A stretch of DNA of 64,000 nt from Octopus bimaculoides (GCF_001194135.2 NC_068982.1:87326751-87390750), one strand, 5' to 3'; shown: positions 15,272 to 28,127, counted from the first letter of the stretch. The notes: generated from the letters alone by a model not told the origin. Program-made: numbers and translations.

Positions 15272-15336
15272 TTGGGGAAATTTCGAACCTGGGTTCTCAT
15301 TCCTAAGGTATTTTTCGATATTATTATTATTATTCA

Positions 15337-15409
15337 GGTCACTGCTTGGAACTGAACTCGGAATCTTGGGGTTAGTAGCCGATGCTCTTAACCACTATGC
15401 CATATGACC
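15337..15409 (-). pseudogene. tRNA-derived (Asn-like) segment inside the Penelope 3' region; truncated mirror copy at 16151-16216 (+)
   Basis: 73 nt GGTCATATGGCATAGTGGTTAAGAGCATCGGCTACTAACCCCAAGATTCCGAGTTCAGTTCCAAGCAGTGACC with A/B boxes and partial acceptor stem. The anticodon arm resembles tRNA-Asn (TCGGCTGTTAACCG). T-stem mismatched, so not a functional tRNA. Confidence 0.55.
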
Positions 15410-16287
15410 ATGGACAATTACGGAGTGAATTTTAAGGCTTATAAATCTAATATTTTCCTATCCTTCCTTAATACCGGTTCCCATATGCTACTCATATCTG
15501 CACTCGGTCTGCTTAGGAGGTTGTTGTTTCCTAGCATATGTGCTGCTTCTTTTAGTTTTCATATTTTCCAGCGGTGTTCTCTGTCTATTATTTTAACTTC
15601 ATCCTACCGGAGGAGGTGGTCTCCATTTTTTCATACATGATCAGCTATACCAGATTTATCAATATCTCCTCATGTCACAGCTTTGCAATGTTCGTCTACC
15701 CTTATTTTGAAGGAGTGGCATGTTCCGCCTTTGTATTACCTACCACAGCTGCATGGGATGGAGTACATGCAGAATATGACCAAAAACTGTGTGTGCTCCA
15801 TCCCATACAGCTGTAATAGATTATACAAAGGCGAAACATGCTACCCCCTCAAAATAAGTGTAGAGGAACATCGCAAAGCTGTGACACTGGGAGATATTGA
15901 TAAATCGGGTATAGCTGATCATGTATGGAAAAATGGAGACCACCTCCCCCTGTGGGATGAAGTTAAAATAATAGACAGAGAACACAACTGGAAAATACAA
16001 AGACTAAAAGAAGCAGCACATATGCTAGGAAACAACAACCTCCTAAGCAGACTGAGTGTAGATATGAGTAGCATATGGTAACCGGTATTAAGGAAAGATA
16101 GGTAAAAAATTAGATTTATAAGCCCTAAAATTCATTCCGTAATTGCCCATGGTCATATGGCATAGTGGTTAAGAGCATCGGCTACTAACCCCAAGATTCC
16201 GAGTTCAATTCCAAGCATAATAATGATAATAATAATAATATTGAAAAAGACCTTAGGAATGAGAACCCAGGTTCGAAATTTCCCCAA

Positions 16288-16330
16288 GACACCTGATGAA
16301 GGCTGGAGGTTATATCAGCTGAAGCGTGTT
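16288..16330 (+). ncRNA. Hammerhead-like motif, degenerate copy
   Basis: GACAC-CUGAUGA-A-GGCUG...CAGCU-GAAGC-GUGUU; GAAA mutated and cleavage-site region shortened. Confidence 0.45.
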
Positions 16331-16608
16331 AACAACAAACAAGATGAGGACAAATATCCGTCAAATATAAATAATGATCAGTATCATTGTTTTAACATCC
16401 ACTTTTCCATGCTGTCATGAGTTAGAAGCAGATTTTCTACAGGTTGATGCTCTTCCTGTTGCTAACCATCACTTGATTCTAAGCAAGGTAATATTTCCAG
16501 ATACATTTTTGCAGAATGCTAGAAATGACACTGCTTATATAACAGTGATACTCAAATACTACTCTCACACACCGTCAAGAAGAGGAAACAAACATTCACA
16601 TTCACGTA

Positions 16609-16811
16609 TACATGAGGGGATGCTGTAAAGTACCTGGCTTTAAGGGTATTGCGAAAAAGCTTTTACAGAGTTTAGAAAAACTGAAGGACTGCTGCAGTAA
16701 GTGTGTAAATCTGAGAGAGGAATATGTTGAATAAAATCATAACTGATCCTCATGTGGTTTTTTTTTTTTATTTTTTACCTAAAGCCAGGAACTTTTCAGC
16801 ACACCCTTGTA
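16609..16811 (+). mobile_element. Mariner-derived MITE
   Basis: TIRs GAGGGGATGCTGTAAAGTACCTGGCTTTA / TAAAGCCAGGAACTTTTCAGCACACCCTTGTA. The interior ends ...CSKCVNLREEYVE*, like the mariner transposase C-terminus. Confidence 0.75.
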
Positions 16812-18511
16812 TATGCACACACACATGCAACAACACATGTGCACATACAAATACAAACACGATGGGCTTCTTTCAGTTTCTGTCTACCAGTTCCACACAC
16901 AAGGCTTTGGTTGGCCTGAGATTATAGCAAAAATAATTTGTCCAAGGTGCGCCATACAGTGGAACCGAACCTGAAACTATATGGCTAAGAATCAAACTTC
17001 TTTACCAAACAGACGTGCCTGAACCTACATGAAATTAAAATTCACTCTTTTATTCCTGATTTCCAATTCAAAATATTAAAGATATAATTTTATTTGAAAA
17101 ATCTGATATAATGGCAAACAACATTTTTACTTAAAGCAATATAATTCACCCCCACCCCCAACATACTAATTTTGTGTGTTAGACTAGAAACTAATTATTT
17201 CAGCCTGTGTTACACTTAAAACTAAAACGAACTTTCAATTTACTATCATATCATCAGCATTCTTATAGAAGGTTGTGAGCTGGCAGAATCTCCAATGCAT
17301 CAGATAAAATGCTTTGCAACATTTTTTCTAGTTCTTTACATTCTGAATTTGAATTCTGCCAAAGTTGACTTTGCCTGGGGTCAATAAAGTGAAGTGTCAA
17401 TCAAGTGCTGAAATTAATGTAATTGACTGACCCCACACCCCCAAAACTGCTAACCTTGTGCCAAAATTAGAAACCATCCTTTTGTCATTATAATTGTTGC
17501 TGTTTTTGTCTGACATCATGTGATAGTTATAAACTATGCCATCCTTATATAATGCTTTGTTTTAAATTTTCTGTGAAAACACATGCGACCTTGGGGCAAT
17601 ATTACCTTGCTTAGAAACAGGTGATGGTGATAAGAAGGGGATATAACTACAGTTGGATGCCCTTCATGAAAATATGCCTCCATAAATTTTGTCTGACTGA
17701 TGCAAAGATGGAAAAGAAAGCAAGTGGATGTTAAAACAATTATTAGCATTTAGTTCTATATTTAAAAGATGAGGCATTATGTACATAATGTAAATAATTA
17801 TTATCATAATTATTAAGGTGGCAAGCTGGTTGAATTGTAAACATGTCAGACAAAATACTTAGTGACATTTCTTCTGGCTGTTCATACATTCTGAGCTGAA
17901 GTATGCACATAGGATCTCACATTGAGTGAGTTGAAAAACTATGAGCAACTGAGATTACCAAAACAATTAATAGACAAAAGTCTCCCTTTTGAGTGTTTAA
18001 CCCTTTAGCATTTAGATTACCCTATCAAATGTAATGCTTATTTATTCACATTGTTTTGAATTTATCATGCATTATCTCATAGTTTTGAGATGTAATTGTT
18101 TTGGCACAATGAAGACTATAGGGGATCTGGTCTCTGAAATCAACAGACATACTTCAGTCTTATTAAACCCTACTCTACTCAGTTGGTAAGATTAACAGTA
18201 ATATAGAAGTATAGGGAGGTCGATAATATCAACAACATGACTGAGGGAATGTACTTCAGAGAAGCATTCTGCATATTAAATACATATATGGCAGGGTCCC
18301 CACATATATAATATATGCTAATGAGAGATTAACTCCAACAGAACCCTAGATGTAATGAAATTATTGCCTTTTAACCCTTTGCCTATTCATGCAAATGTTT
18401 TGGGACAAACTTATGAATTTCCTTAAGTTTGTCCTAAACGTCCATGCTAATTTTTAGACTTTTAGTTAGCCCTTGTTTCATACATTGAGTAATATAAAAT
18501 TTTCATTTCAT

Positions 18512-18673
18512 AGGTGCTGGCATAGCTGTGTGGTCAGAAGCTTGCTTGCCAACCACATGGTTCTGGGTTCAGTCGCACTGCGTGACACCTTGGGCAAGTG
18601 TCTTCTACTATAGCCTTGAGCCAACCAAAGCCTTGTGAGTGGATTTGGTAGATGGAAACAAAGAAGCTTGTCA

Positions 18674-18708
<35 letters not shown>

Positions 18709-18885
18709 TTATTTATGTGCGTCTTTGTGTCTGTCACCCCCACCATTGCTTGACAATGGTGCGTTTATGGAGCTGAAACTTAGTTTGGCAAAAGAGACTG
18801 ATAGAATAAGTATTAGGCTTACAAAGAATAAGTACTGGGGTCGATTTCTTCAACTAAAGGTGGTGCTCCAGTATAGCCAGTCAAA
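18512..18885 (+). mobile_element. tRNA-derived composite SINE (head - microsatellite - tail). Related copies: + ~2016-2170, 2500-2695, 10890-11085, 24375-24578, 35550-35640, 39820-39930, 49925-50020, 53100-53320, 59245-59540; - ~8000-8090, 9060-9440, 11830-12215, 16860-17030, 42480-42830, 56290-56540
   Basis: Repeated head (GCTGTGTGG...GGTTCAGTCCCACTG...CACCTTGGGCAAGTGTCTTCTACTATAGCC) and tail (...GAATAAGTACTAGGCTTACAAAGAATAAG...GGTGCTCCAGCATGG...GACTGAAAC). Confidence 0.85.
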
Positions 18886-21800
18886 GTCTCTCAACTCATT
18901 ATATTACATCTGTGAATCCCCACCACAGAACTGACAAATGGTCATTAAAACAACAATTACAATGACAAAAATCAGCTTTTAAGTAGTTATTCTTAATTAT
19001 AAATAATTTCCAAAGATTATCATTATCTCCATGACATGGCCATAGAAACACTGTGTAAGAAATATCACAAATGTCTGCTTCGTTGCACTGTAAGCAATTG
19101 AAGTTGTGAATAATACAATTAGTTCACAAGAATGGTCATCTATCTATAGAGTTTCTGGCTTTATTCACTGACAACTAATTTATCTTGAATGGCTTACTAA
19201 AACTGGAAATTTTTAATCAGCCAGCAACAAGCATCATTATGAAGATAGATTGGATGCATGATTGTTTTGGTTCTCAGCTTTAGCCATTTCACTGAAGTTG
19301 CTGTAATGACATTGTGAAAGGCATGAACAGCACAACTTCAATTTCCTTATTTCTTCTAAGACCATGTGCCAATTTTATATTAAAAAAAAAATCAATATAA
19401 ATCAGTTTGTGACAGGTGCAGGAAAGCTGAGTGAATTTGTGACCTGGTTTTGATTTAAAAATTGAAGTTCAGAAGACATTGTCTTTGTAACAAATCAATA
19501 TCTAATTAGCTTTATTTGTCACACATCCTACCATACCAAAGATATTTGGCATTTAAAAAGATGTGCTCCACATTAACTGGAAAGATAACAGTTAAGCTCC
19601 TTTTAAATTTCCGGTTTTTAAGTAGTTTTCTTACCTGAATATCTTCAGTACTTAACTATGCTGAAAGTCTATTAGTTTTAGCAAACTATTACAGTGGATC
19701 TTTCTGAGGAAAGAATTTTCTATTCAAAATCCAAAAGTAGTAGTTTTGAATGTGTTAGGAGACAGAACTGAAGAACAGCAGAGTAGTGACAGAGGTGAGG
19801 AGTGAAAAAGTAATCATGAATGAGGGGAAAAAAAAATCAGCATTATCATCATAGTTTAATGTTCACTGTTCCATGGTTTAGAAAATTTGTTGAGACAGAT
19901 TTCCTACAGCCAGATGCCATTCCTGTCACCAAACCTCACCTGTTTCCAAGCAAGATAATATTTCCCCATCATCAGAAAGGTTTTCCAAGGAAGACTATAA
20001 ATGAACATTACTTGTGCAACAGTGATGTTCATTTACAACTATCATGTGATAGGGTACACACTAATATGCGCACACACACACACACATCTTTTAAGTTTGT
20101 TTACGAGAAATGTCTTGAATATGCAAGTAAAACTATTCCATTATGCTGGCTACAATCTAATGTTGCTGACTGGTGAACCAGTTTTTGTGGGTTGCACCAA
20201 GCCATACTGATATAATATGGGATAAATATAGTAATAATAATGCATCAAGATATTTATAAATTCCATCCAAAGATTTTTATTATTAGTGTGTGTGTGTGTG
20301 TGTATATGTATATCAGGCCTCTTTCCAGTTTCTGTCTACCAAATTCACTCATAGGGATATGGTGGAAGACGCCTGCCCTAGATGATATGTAGTATGGCTG
20401 AGCCAGGGACCACATGTTTGTGAAGCAAATTTCTTAAACACAAACATTAACATATTTAATAAAGTTTGTTGATAGGAATTAAATTATATCCTTGAACAAA
20501 TTTAGTACCTGTAATAAGTCCATAACCTACTAGATTGAGCAACATCATTAAAAACTTCATACACATGATAGATGGGAGAAAGTCAATCTAGTGCAAAAGC
20601 AAAATAGCAAGTGTGTTTGATCACCTAAAAAGTCTTGATTTCAAACTCACCATAGAGTTTCATTGAGAATTTGAACACTACACTTAAAACCTCAGTCTGC
20701 ATAACTGCTGGAAATGGGTACCAAATTATTTAAAACCTATGATAAAATGTTGGTAGGATTAGGGACAAAATTTGTCTTTTATTGGAACTGTGGATTCAGT
20801 GCAAAACCTATTTTGGCATTGGATGCTTAGGTGCTAAGAAAATTTATTTATGCTCTACATAACAATTAACTTCAATCACTCACTGCTACCAAATTACTAA
20901 ACCTCATTTAGAATTTTTACTTAGGCTTTGTTTATGTATCTAATGGCTGGTGAATTATTGATGAAACAGGAATGAAGAAGCAAAAAAAAAAAAGCATTTG
21001 TGCATAATGTATTTCTTTCATATTTGCAAAGCTGGCATAGCAGATAGTTATCTTAAATTTTGATGCAGTGAACAAAAAGATTCAGAGCAAAACAGGGTCA
21101 CATATATAATGAGTGATAGAAATAGCATCCAAATCTTTATTCAGTCACACCCTATTGTTTAAAAAAAAATTAAGGACACTTCTAATAATGTACATCTGGA
21201 TATGAAAAGAAAAATATGAGCAACAAAATGGAAGTAGGGAGTTACTCAAGTGAAAAGAGAGCAAGGGAAGTTTGGGATATAAATGGTTTGAAAGTAAATC
21301 TGAAATGATGTCTGACAGAGACAAAGTCAAAAGTAACCTTCCATATATTTACTTAACCCATTCCAACATGGAATCTGGCTACTAAAGTGGTAAAGGTGGT
21401 GATAACAGCTGTAGTGATTATGAAGGTGGTGGTAATTGAGATGGTGAAATTGGTAATAGTGATGATGTTGGTAGTGTATACTCATACAGGCTTCTGTTCT
21501 ATTAAATCATAAATTTATAAATTTCTGGAGAAAATGTTTGTGTAGCCAGATGACATTCCAATTGTTAACTACCATTATCTCATCAATACTAACCAAATCA
21601 ATCACAATTAGCTGATTATCTTAGGATTTAAAAGTCTGTCAACGTAAACATTTTTAATAGCTTTTACTTCTCAAACATAATAGTACTAATAGAGGACTGG
21701 GATGAATTTTATTCACAGTAGCCTTGCTTCTGATGAGAATGTCATAAGTAGATTGTACCTACAAACATCATTATGAAGCAGGCCTTGGACTGTAATTTGC

Positions 21801-23179
21801 TTTAGACAACTCCTGATGAAGTTGCAAGAGTACTGTCATGACATGCAACATGATTGAGGCACCTTTTAGACCAGAAGGAGCTCATCCCTCCCCAGATTTG
21901 ACTGCAATTGATTTCTTCCAAAGGGATGGACAAATGGACAGAAAGAGCAATAGAAAGAGAAGAATCGACTCTGAAACAGAACTGGCAATATATCACTTTA
22001 TCAACCCTTGAAAGGATGAAAACAAGTTTACGTCAATGCTATTTGAACTCAGAGTGCAGGGGGCTAGAACAAATACTGTGACAACTCATTCACTTCACTG
22101 CCTTGAATAATCTGAGTCCCAAACCCTTAAAAAGTCATAGGTACCAATTTAAAGCTGGCTTTGATAGGGAACCAGAATACATTGTTTTCAAAGTGAAGAA
22201 AAGTAATCTGAAGCCAGCAGAGTATTGTTTTACCAGTAAAAAAAAAACAAAAAAACATACAACAGTAACAGGATTTGAACTACTGCCCTTATAGTCAGTA
22301 GTTCAATGTCTTAATGTAACAACTTTGCTCTCTTCTAAAATGGGATTTAGATCAGTTCCTCAACTGAATCTTTCTTCATATAGAGATTTGGAGGCACTGT
22401 GGTTCTGATTCCTGGACTGGGCGACGTGTTCTTGAGCAAAACGCTTCATTTCATGCTATTCAGTCCATTCAGCTGGCAGAAATTAGCAATTGTGTGACAG
22501 ACCGGCGTCCTGTCCAGGTGGGGAATTTATATGCCATGGAAACCTAAAAACTGGCCCTTATGCGCCAGCATGACTCAAGAAATTAACTTTTTCTTTTTTT
22601 TTTATATATATATAGAGATGTAAATCAGTATAACAATGTTGTTTAGTCCTAGGTTAACTCTAAAAAGTAAACCTTTGTTCAAGGATCAACTGATCTTTCT
22701 TTTGTCCTAATAATGTATTTCAGACTTATATGTGTCTTTAAGCCAGTAAAAGTAGGGAGATTTGACTGCTACCTTTTGGTGGTTCTTCACTGGCCTTGAC
22801 AGAGCATGTGCTTAGCCCCCAGATCAGCTCTGATTGAGTAGCACTAGATCAAAGTTATTCCAGGCAGGACAATCTGTTTTTTTAAGAATATAAAGATCTA
22901 TATTATCCAATGTATTATTTTAAGGACACTTGGGTATGTGTCTGGCTACTGCTTCCTTTCTTATCTTGGCCACTGCCAAGCTTGCACGAACTTTCTTCTC
23001 TCTTCCTTTCAGTTTGTCACATCACAGCGTTCAGTATACACATATATATTTTTTTTTCACGTCTGGCCCAACTAGCCCTTCTTGTTTATTTTCACTGTTT
23101 CATTTTCCTGTCGCGTTTTCTGTTTGCCACTATATTCCTCCACATTACAAATTTAATTTGTTTCCACGGGAACAGCCAT

Positions 23180-23345
23180 TCTAACAATGCATCCTGCCCT
23201 AACTCTTCAAAACGCTTAGTTTTAGAATGGTGGCAGCTGATGAAGGAAATGTTCTCTATGTGGCCTGCATGTTTTCTGTGCTCTGTTTATGTTCTGTTTC
23301 TCATTTTGTCCAGGTTTTTTTGTGACGTCCTGAACCCAGATATGC
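23180..23345 (+). mobile_element. Possible Penelope-type terminal-repeat remnant
   Basis: CAGCTGATGAAGG motif in a pyrimidine-rich context like the other PLE ends. Confidence 0.3.
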
Positions 23346-23417
23346 ATCTATATATACATGTAGATGTAGGTATGTACATACATGTACGTATATATGCATA
23401 TACTCACATATTATTTG

Positions 23418-23458
<41 letters not shown>

Positions 23459-24895
23459 CACACACAGTGTTCATATATGGCTGTTGATTTACTCTTACAA
23501 GTTAATTAGCCATATGAAATACCAACAGGTTACACAGCCCTAGTTGATATTAGATAATTAGAAGTTAAATCCATTACCCCAGAAAATAATATCTCTGAAT
23601 ATTGTTCTTAATGTTTTTCTAACTTTTTTGTTTTTAACCATTTAACATTATATAATGAATACAACATAGTACAGATGTCCACCACATAGGGTAAAAAATA
23701 GTCAAAAGTAATGGATATGAGATTAATTTCAAATCATTATTTAAAATAGTGCAAAAATATATTGCCATCATCATCATTTTATCATCCCTGGGCCAGATAG
23801 AGTTTGTTGAGGCAAATTTTCTAGAGCCAGATGCCCATCCTATTATCAACCATGAGCTGTTTCCAAGCAAAGTAAGATTTCCCTGTGGCCAGACATACTG
23901 TCACAGAAGATTGGAAATGAACAATATTGTTTGTATGATGATGCTCAGTTACCACTATCACGTGATGTCAAGACAAGGAGAGACAAGCACACACACACAC
24001 ACAACAGCTTCTTCCAGTTTTTGTTCACAAAGTCTATCACAAGGCTTTGACAGTTGTCCAAGTTGCCACAGTGGGACTGAACCCCACACAGCTACTTGCA
24101 CCTATATATAGACATTAATATATATATATATATANNNNNNNNNNNNNNNNNNNNNNNNNNNNNNNNNNNNNNNNNNNNNNNNNNNNNNNNNNNNNNNNNN
24201 NNNNNNNNNNNNNNNNNNNNNNNNNNNNNNNNNNNNNNNNNNNNNNNNNNNNNNNNNNNNNNNNNNNNNNNNNNNNNNNNNNNNNNNNNNNNNNNNNNNN
24301 NNNNNNNNNNNNNNNNNNNAAGAAGTCCGTCTTATATATATGTATATATAGAAATATGTATGTGTGTGTATATGTTTGTGTGTCTGTGTTTGTTCCCCCA
24401 ACATCACTTAACAACCGATGCTGGTGTGTTTACGTCCCCGTAACTTAGCGGTTCGACAAAAGAGACCGATAGAATAAGTACTAGGCTTCCAAAGAATAAG
24501 TCCTGGGGTTGATTTGCTCGACTAAAGGTGGTGCTCCAGCATGGCTGCAGTCAAATGACTGAAACAAGTAAAAGAGTATATATATATATTAACTAGCACT
24601 CTGTTGGTTGCAACAACGAGGGTTTCAGTTGATCAGCCTGCTCATGAAATTGTTGTGTACTCCACAGACACATGTATCCCTTAATATTGTTCTCATGGAG
24701 GTTCAGCGTAACACAGAATGTGACATGGATGGCCCTCTGAAATACAGGTACAACTCATTTTTGCTAGCTGAGAGGACTGGAGCAATGTGAAATAAAGTTC
24801 TTGCCTAAGGACACAATGTGCAACTGGGAATCGAACTCATGGCCTTATGGTTGTGAGCCAATTACCCTAACCAGTAAGCCACACACCTTCACTAT

Positions 24896-25232
24896 ATATG
24901 AGACTCCCTTCAGTCATGACTGACCATGAGATTGCACCTAGAAAGTTACCCTCCCAGGCACAAGTCCGGGCAAGGATGTTTATGGAAGACCAGCAGTCAT
25001 CCATACATACCAGCCTCCCCTCTCCACGCCACCAGTGTTATCCAAGGGAAAGGCAAAGACATACAGCTTGGCACCTGTGACATCGCAACTCATTTCTACA
25101 GCTGAGTGAACTGGAGCAACGTGAAATAAAGTGTCTTGCTCAAGAACACAACACGCGGCCCGGTCCGGGATTCAAACTCACAACCTCACGATCGTAAGCT
25201 TGATGCTCTAACCACTGAGCCATCTGCCTTCA
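24896..25232 (-). mobile_element. tRNA-headed SINE with conserved central domain. Related copies ~22390-22570 (+), 24620-24895 (-), 40580-40800 (+), 41500-41830 (-), 52410-52545 (-)
   Basis: Head GGCTCAGTGGTTAGAGCATC...GGTTGTGAGTTTGAATCCCGG and shared core TGTGTTCTTGAGCAAGACACTTTATTTCACGTTGCTCCAGTTCACTCAGCTG. Confidence 0.8.
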
Positions 25233-28090
25233 CCACTATATATATGTATGTGTGTGTGTGTGTGTGTGTGTGAAAATATTATTTCCATGCTGACATTTTC
25301 ATTACTTTTTGCAAAGATTGCTTTTACAGCTAACATTAACTGGGTATGCTTTTAATTATATGCCTGGAGCAGATGGGCAGTGTCCATAGATAGCTCTACA
25401 CAATTTATATAATTATGTGGTTAATAATGGGATGTGTTTAATGTTTCATTCGAATTATAGTCGATCAGCAATCAGAGAGGAACAGGTAATGTGTACAGAA
25501 GGGAGGAATTAAAGAGTGTAGTGGGATGTAGGAACCAAGTGTGCTAAGAAAGATCTAGCAATTGTAATGGAAAGAAGTATGTCAAAGCTGGTGAATATTT
25601 CAAGAGAATGAGATTAAAGCTTGTAAAATGGAGACGGCTATTATTGTAGTCATAAAGGAAACCTGTAACTAGATTCAATCATTACACAGCAACCATGATG
25701 GAGCAGAACATTCATTAAACTCAATATTTTGTCAGGTACTTATTGAAGGATAGAAAGCAGAGTCAACCAAGGGTAAAGAGAAGCAGTTAAGATGAATTGA
25801 AAATAAAAAGTATGTTAATTTGATGCACTCAATTTTTGCCAGTGTGCACCAATAGATGCAAATATGTGCAGACACACACAAGGAAAAAGTTGATAGTTGC
25901 TTTGAAGTTTTGAATGTAGGTTCAAGACAGCTGGTTGATGAAGGCTATGCAATTGAAACTTCAAAGTAATTATCAACCTTTTCTTCTTATAAATGATATA
26001 AAAAAGTTACTCTACTGAAAGGAACTGAGTGGTACTTCAAATTAATGTTTCAACATTTGTTTGTTTGAACATTTGTTTGAATGTTAGTCTGCTTGTTTTA
26101 ATGTGTGTGTGTGTGTGTGTGTGTGCGCGCGCACGCACACACATATATATATCTACCGTCATCATTTGATGTCTGTTTCCCATGCTGGCATGGGTTGGAT
26201 GGCTTGACAGGGACTGGCAAGCTGCACCAGGTTCCAATTATGTTTGGCATGGTGTCTATGGCTGGATGCCCTTCTTAATACCAACTACTTTAGGGTGCAC
26301 CGGGTACTTTTTACATGGTACCAGCGCCAGCAGGGTTGCCAAGTAACTTGCAAGACAAAAGCCTCTCAGTTGTGAGAGGGGGGTGAAGCCAAAGAGAGTG
26401 ACAGTCTGCCAGGTGAGAGGTTAAAATATGATAGAGGGACAGAGATAGTTGTCTTACTATAGAGGAGATACTTGGCTATCCCAGTAGGACAAAGAAGGAA
26501 GGTGGGAGAGAGTTAGAGAGAACGATAGAGAGAGTCAGAATATGAGAGAGAGAGAGAAATAGATGGTGTTGGAGATGTATTGAGGCCTATCTACAGTGAA
26601 CAGTGGAGGTGGGAGTATAAGTAGTACAGAGGGAATAGAGGGGCATGTTCCATAAGAGTTAGGGGATATGTTTAGAAATGAGGAAGACAGCAAATAATGG
26701 TGAGGAAAATCGGAGAGGCTGAGAGGTGTGGTAAGGAAAATATGTGAGGACATGGAGAGTGTGTGGATAGGCACAAGAAAGTGGAGGGCCCTGCCGTGGG
26801 AGAGGAGCATGAGGTAGAGCGGAGTGGAAAGGCTTGCAGTGGGTGGGACACATGAGGGAAAGTGGTGGGGAGAGGCCTGCAGCAGGTATTGGGAAGATGG
26901 GGGAGTTTTAACAAAGGCCAGATAATGCCTGTGCATGTGAGATGGGGGGTAGGTCTATGAAGGACATGTGTGTATGTGTGGATGGCCATAATTTTACTTA
27001 GCTTGACATGTGTTCTCAAGCACAGCAAATCACCAGAAGTCTTGGTCTCTTGTCATCTCTGTGAGGCTCATCCAGCTGTAGAAACAATGCTAAAGCAGAC
27101 ACTGGAACACAAGCAGTTCTCAGACCACTGAATCTTGTCAAACTACCCAACCGTACCAGCATGAAAGATGGACATTAAAAGACTACGATGATACATATAT
27201 GCATATATATCATTAACCTCATCATTTAACATCCATTTTCCAGACTGGCATGGATTCAGTCATTTGATTGGATCCAATGAGTTGGTAGAAGCATCTAATG
27301 TCTGTTCTGGCATGGTTGGATGCCTTTCCTAATGCTAACCACAGTACAGAATGTACTGGGTGCTTTTTTTGAGGCACTAACACTAGTGAAGTTGCTTTGC
27401 ACCTTGCAAGACTATAATGGCCTAAAGGAGAATAGAAGAAAACGTGAAAGGGTAAAGTATGATGAAGGGAACAGACAGCTGGGAAAGGGTGGTAGAGAAG
27501 AGAATAACAGAACAGACACTATCGGAGGAGTATGGAAGGAATAAGGGAAAATGGATTAATGTCAGGGATTAATGAGAACAACCGAATGATAAAGATAAGG
27601 TGGGTTGTGTACAAGGGTCTTGAGCTATTCCACATTGCTAGAATGAATAAGGAGGGAAAATGTGACGGAGAAAGGAACATGACAGAGGGTGGTGAGGATC
27701 TGGAGAGAGTCACTTAAAGGGGAATAGAGTGAGTTGGGGATAGGCCAGAGAGGAAGAGACATGATGGTATAAGGGAACTTGTGAGAAGAGGACAGTAAGA
27801 GAAAATGTGACAGACAGTGGGGAGCAGTGGGTGAGTGCAATGAGAGTAGTGAGGGAAAGAGAAGCTGGAAGTGAAGGAATATAGTGAGATATGGAGAGAA
27901 GAGATCGTAGAAGTTGAGAAGCACAGAATGAAAGTAGTAAAAGCATCCCAGATGGGGAGGCTCAGTGAAAGTAGCAGCAGAGGAGTTGTGGATGACTGCA
28001 GCAAAAGCATCCCAATCACTAACCATAAATATATATATTTATTCAAAGTGGTGGTGCCCCAGCATGGCAGCAGTCTAATGACTGAAACAA

Positions 28091-28127
<37 letters not shown>

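Larger units (their letters stand above)
15160..16375. mobile_element. Palindromic Penelope-derived element (two head-to-head copies of GIY-YIG C-terminus + 3' region)
   Basis: + ORF 15683-16081 has a GIY-YIG-like segment (CVCSIPYSCNRLYKGETCYPLKISVEEHRK...KEAAH). 15184-15772 is the approximate reverse complement of 15787-16375. Confidence 0.85.

Noticed and set aside
16151-16216. Functional tRNA gene (also the SINE heads at 25160-25230 and 40585-40650)
   Set aside because: Broken T-stem or acceptor stem and embedded in repeats; tRNA-derived only.
21855-22010. Mariner-like SPDL..DFF motif (AHPSPDLTAIDFF)
   Set aside because: Single short match with no other transposase motifs or TIRs.
26400-28020. 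Purine-rich stretches with several 60-140 aa ORFs
   Set aside because: Low-complexity, probably old LINE remnants; no recognisable domain.
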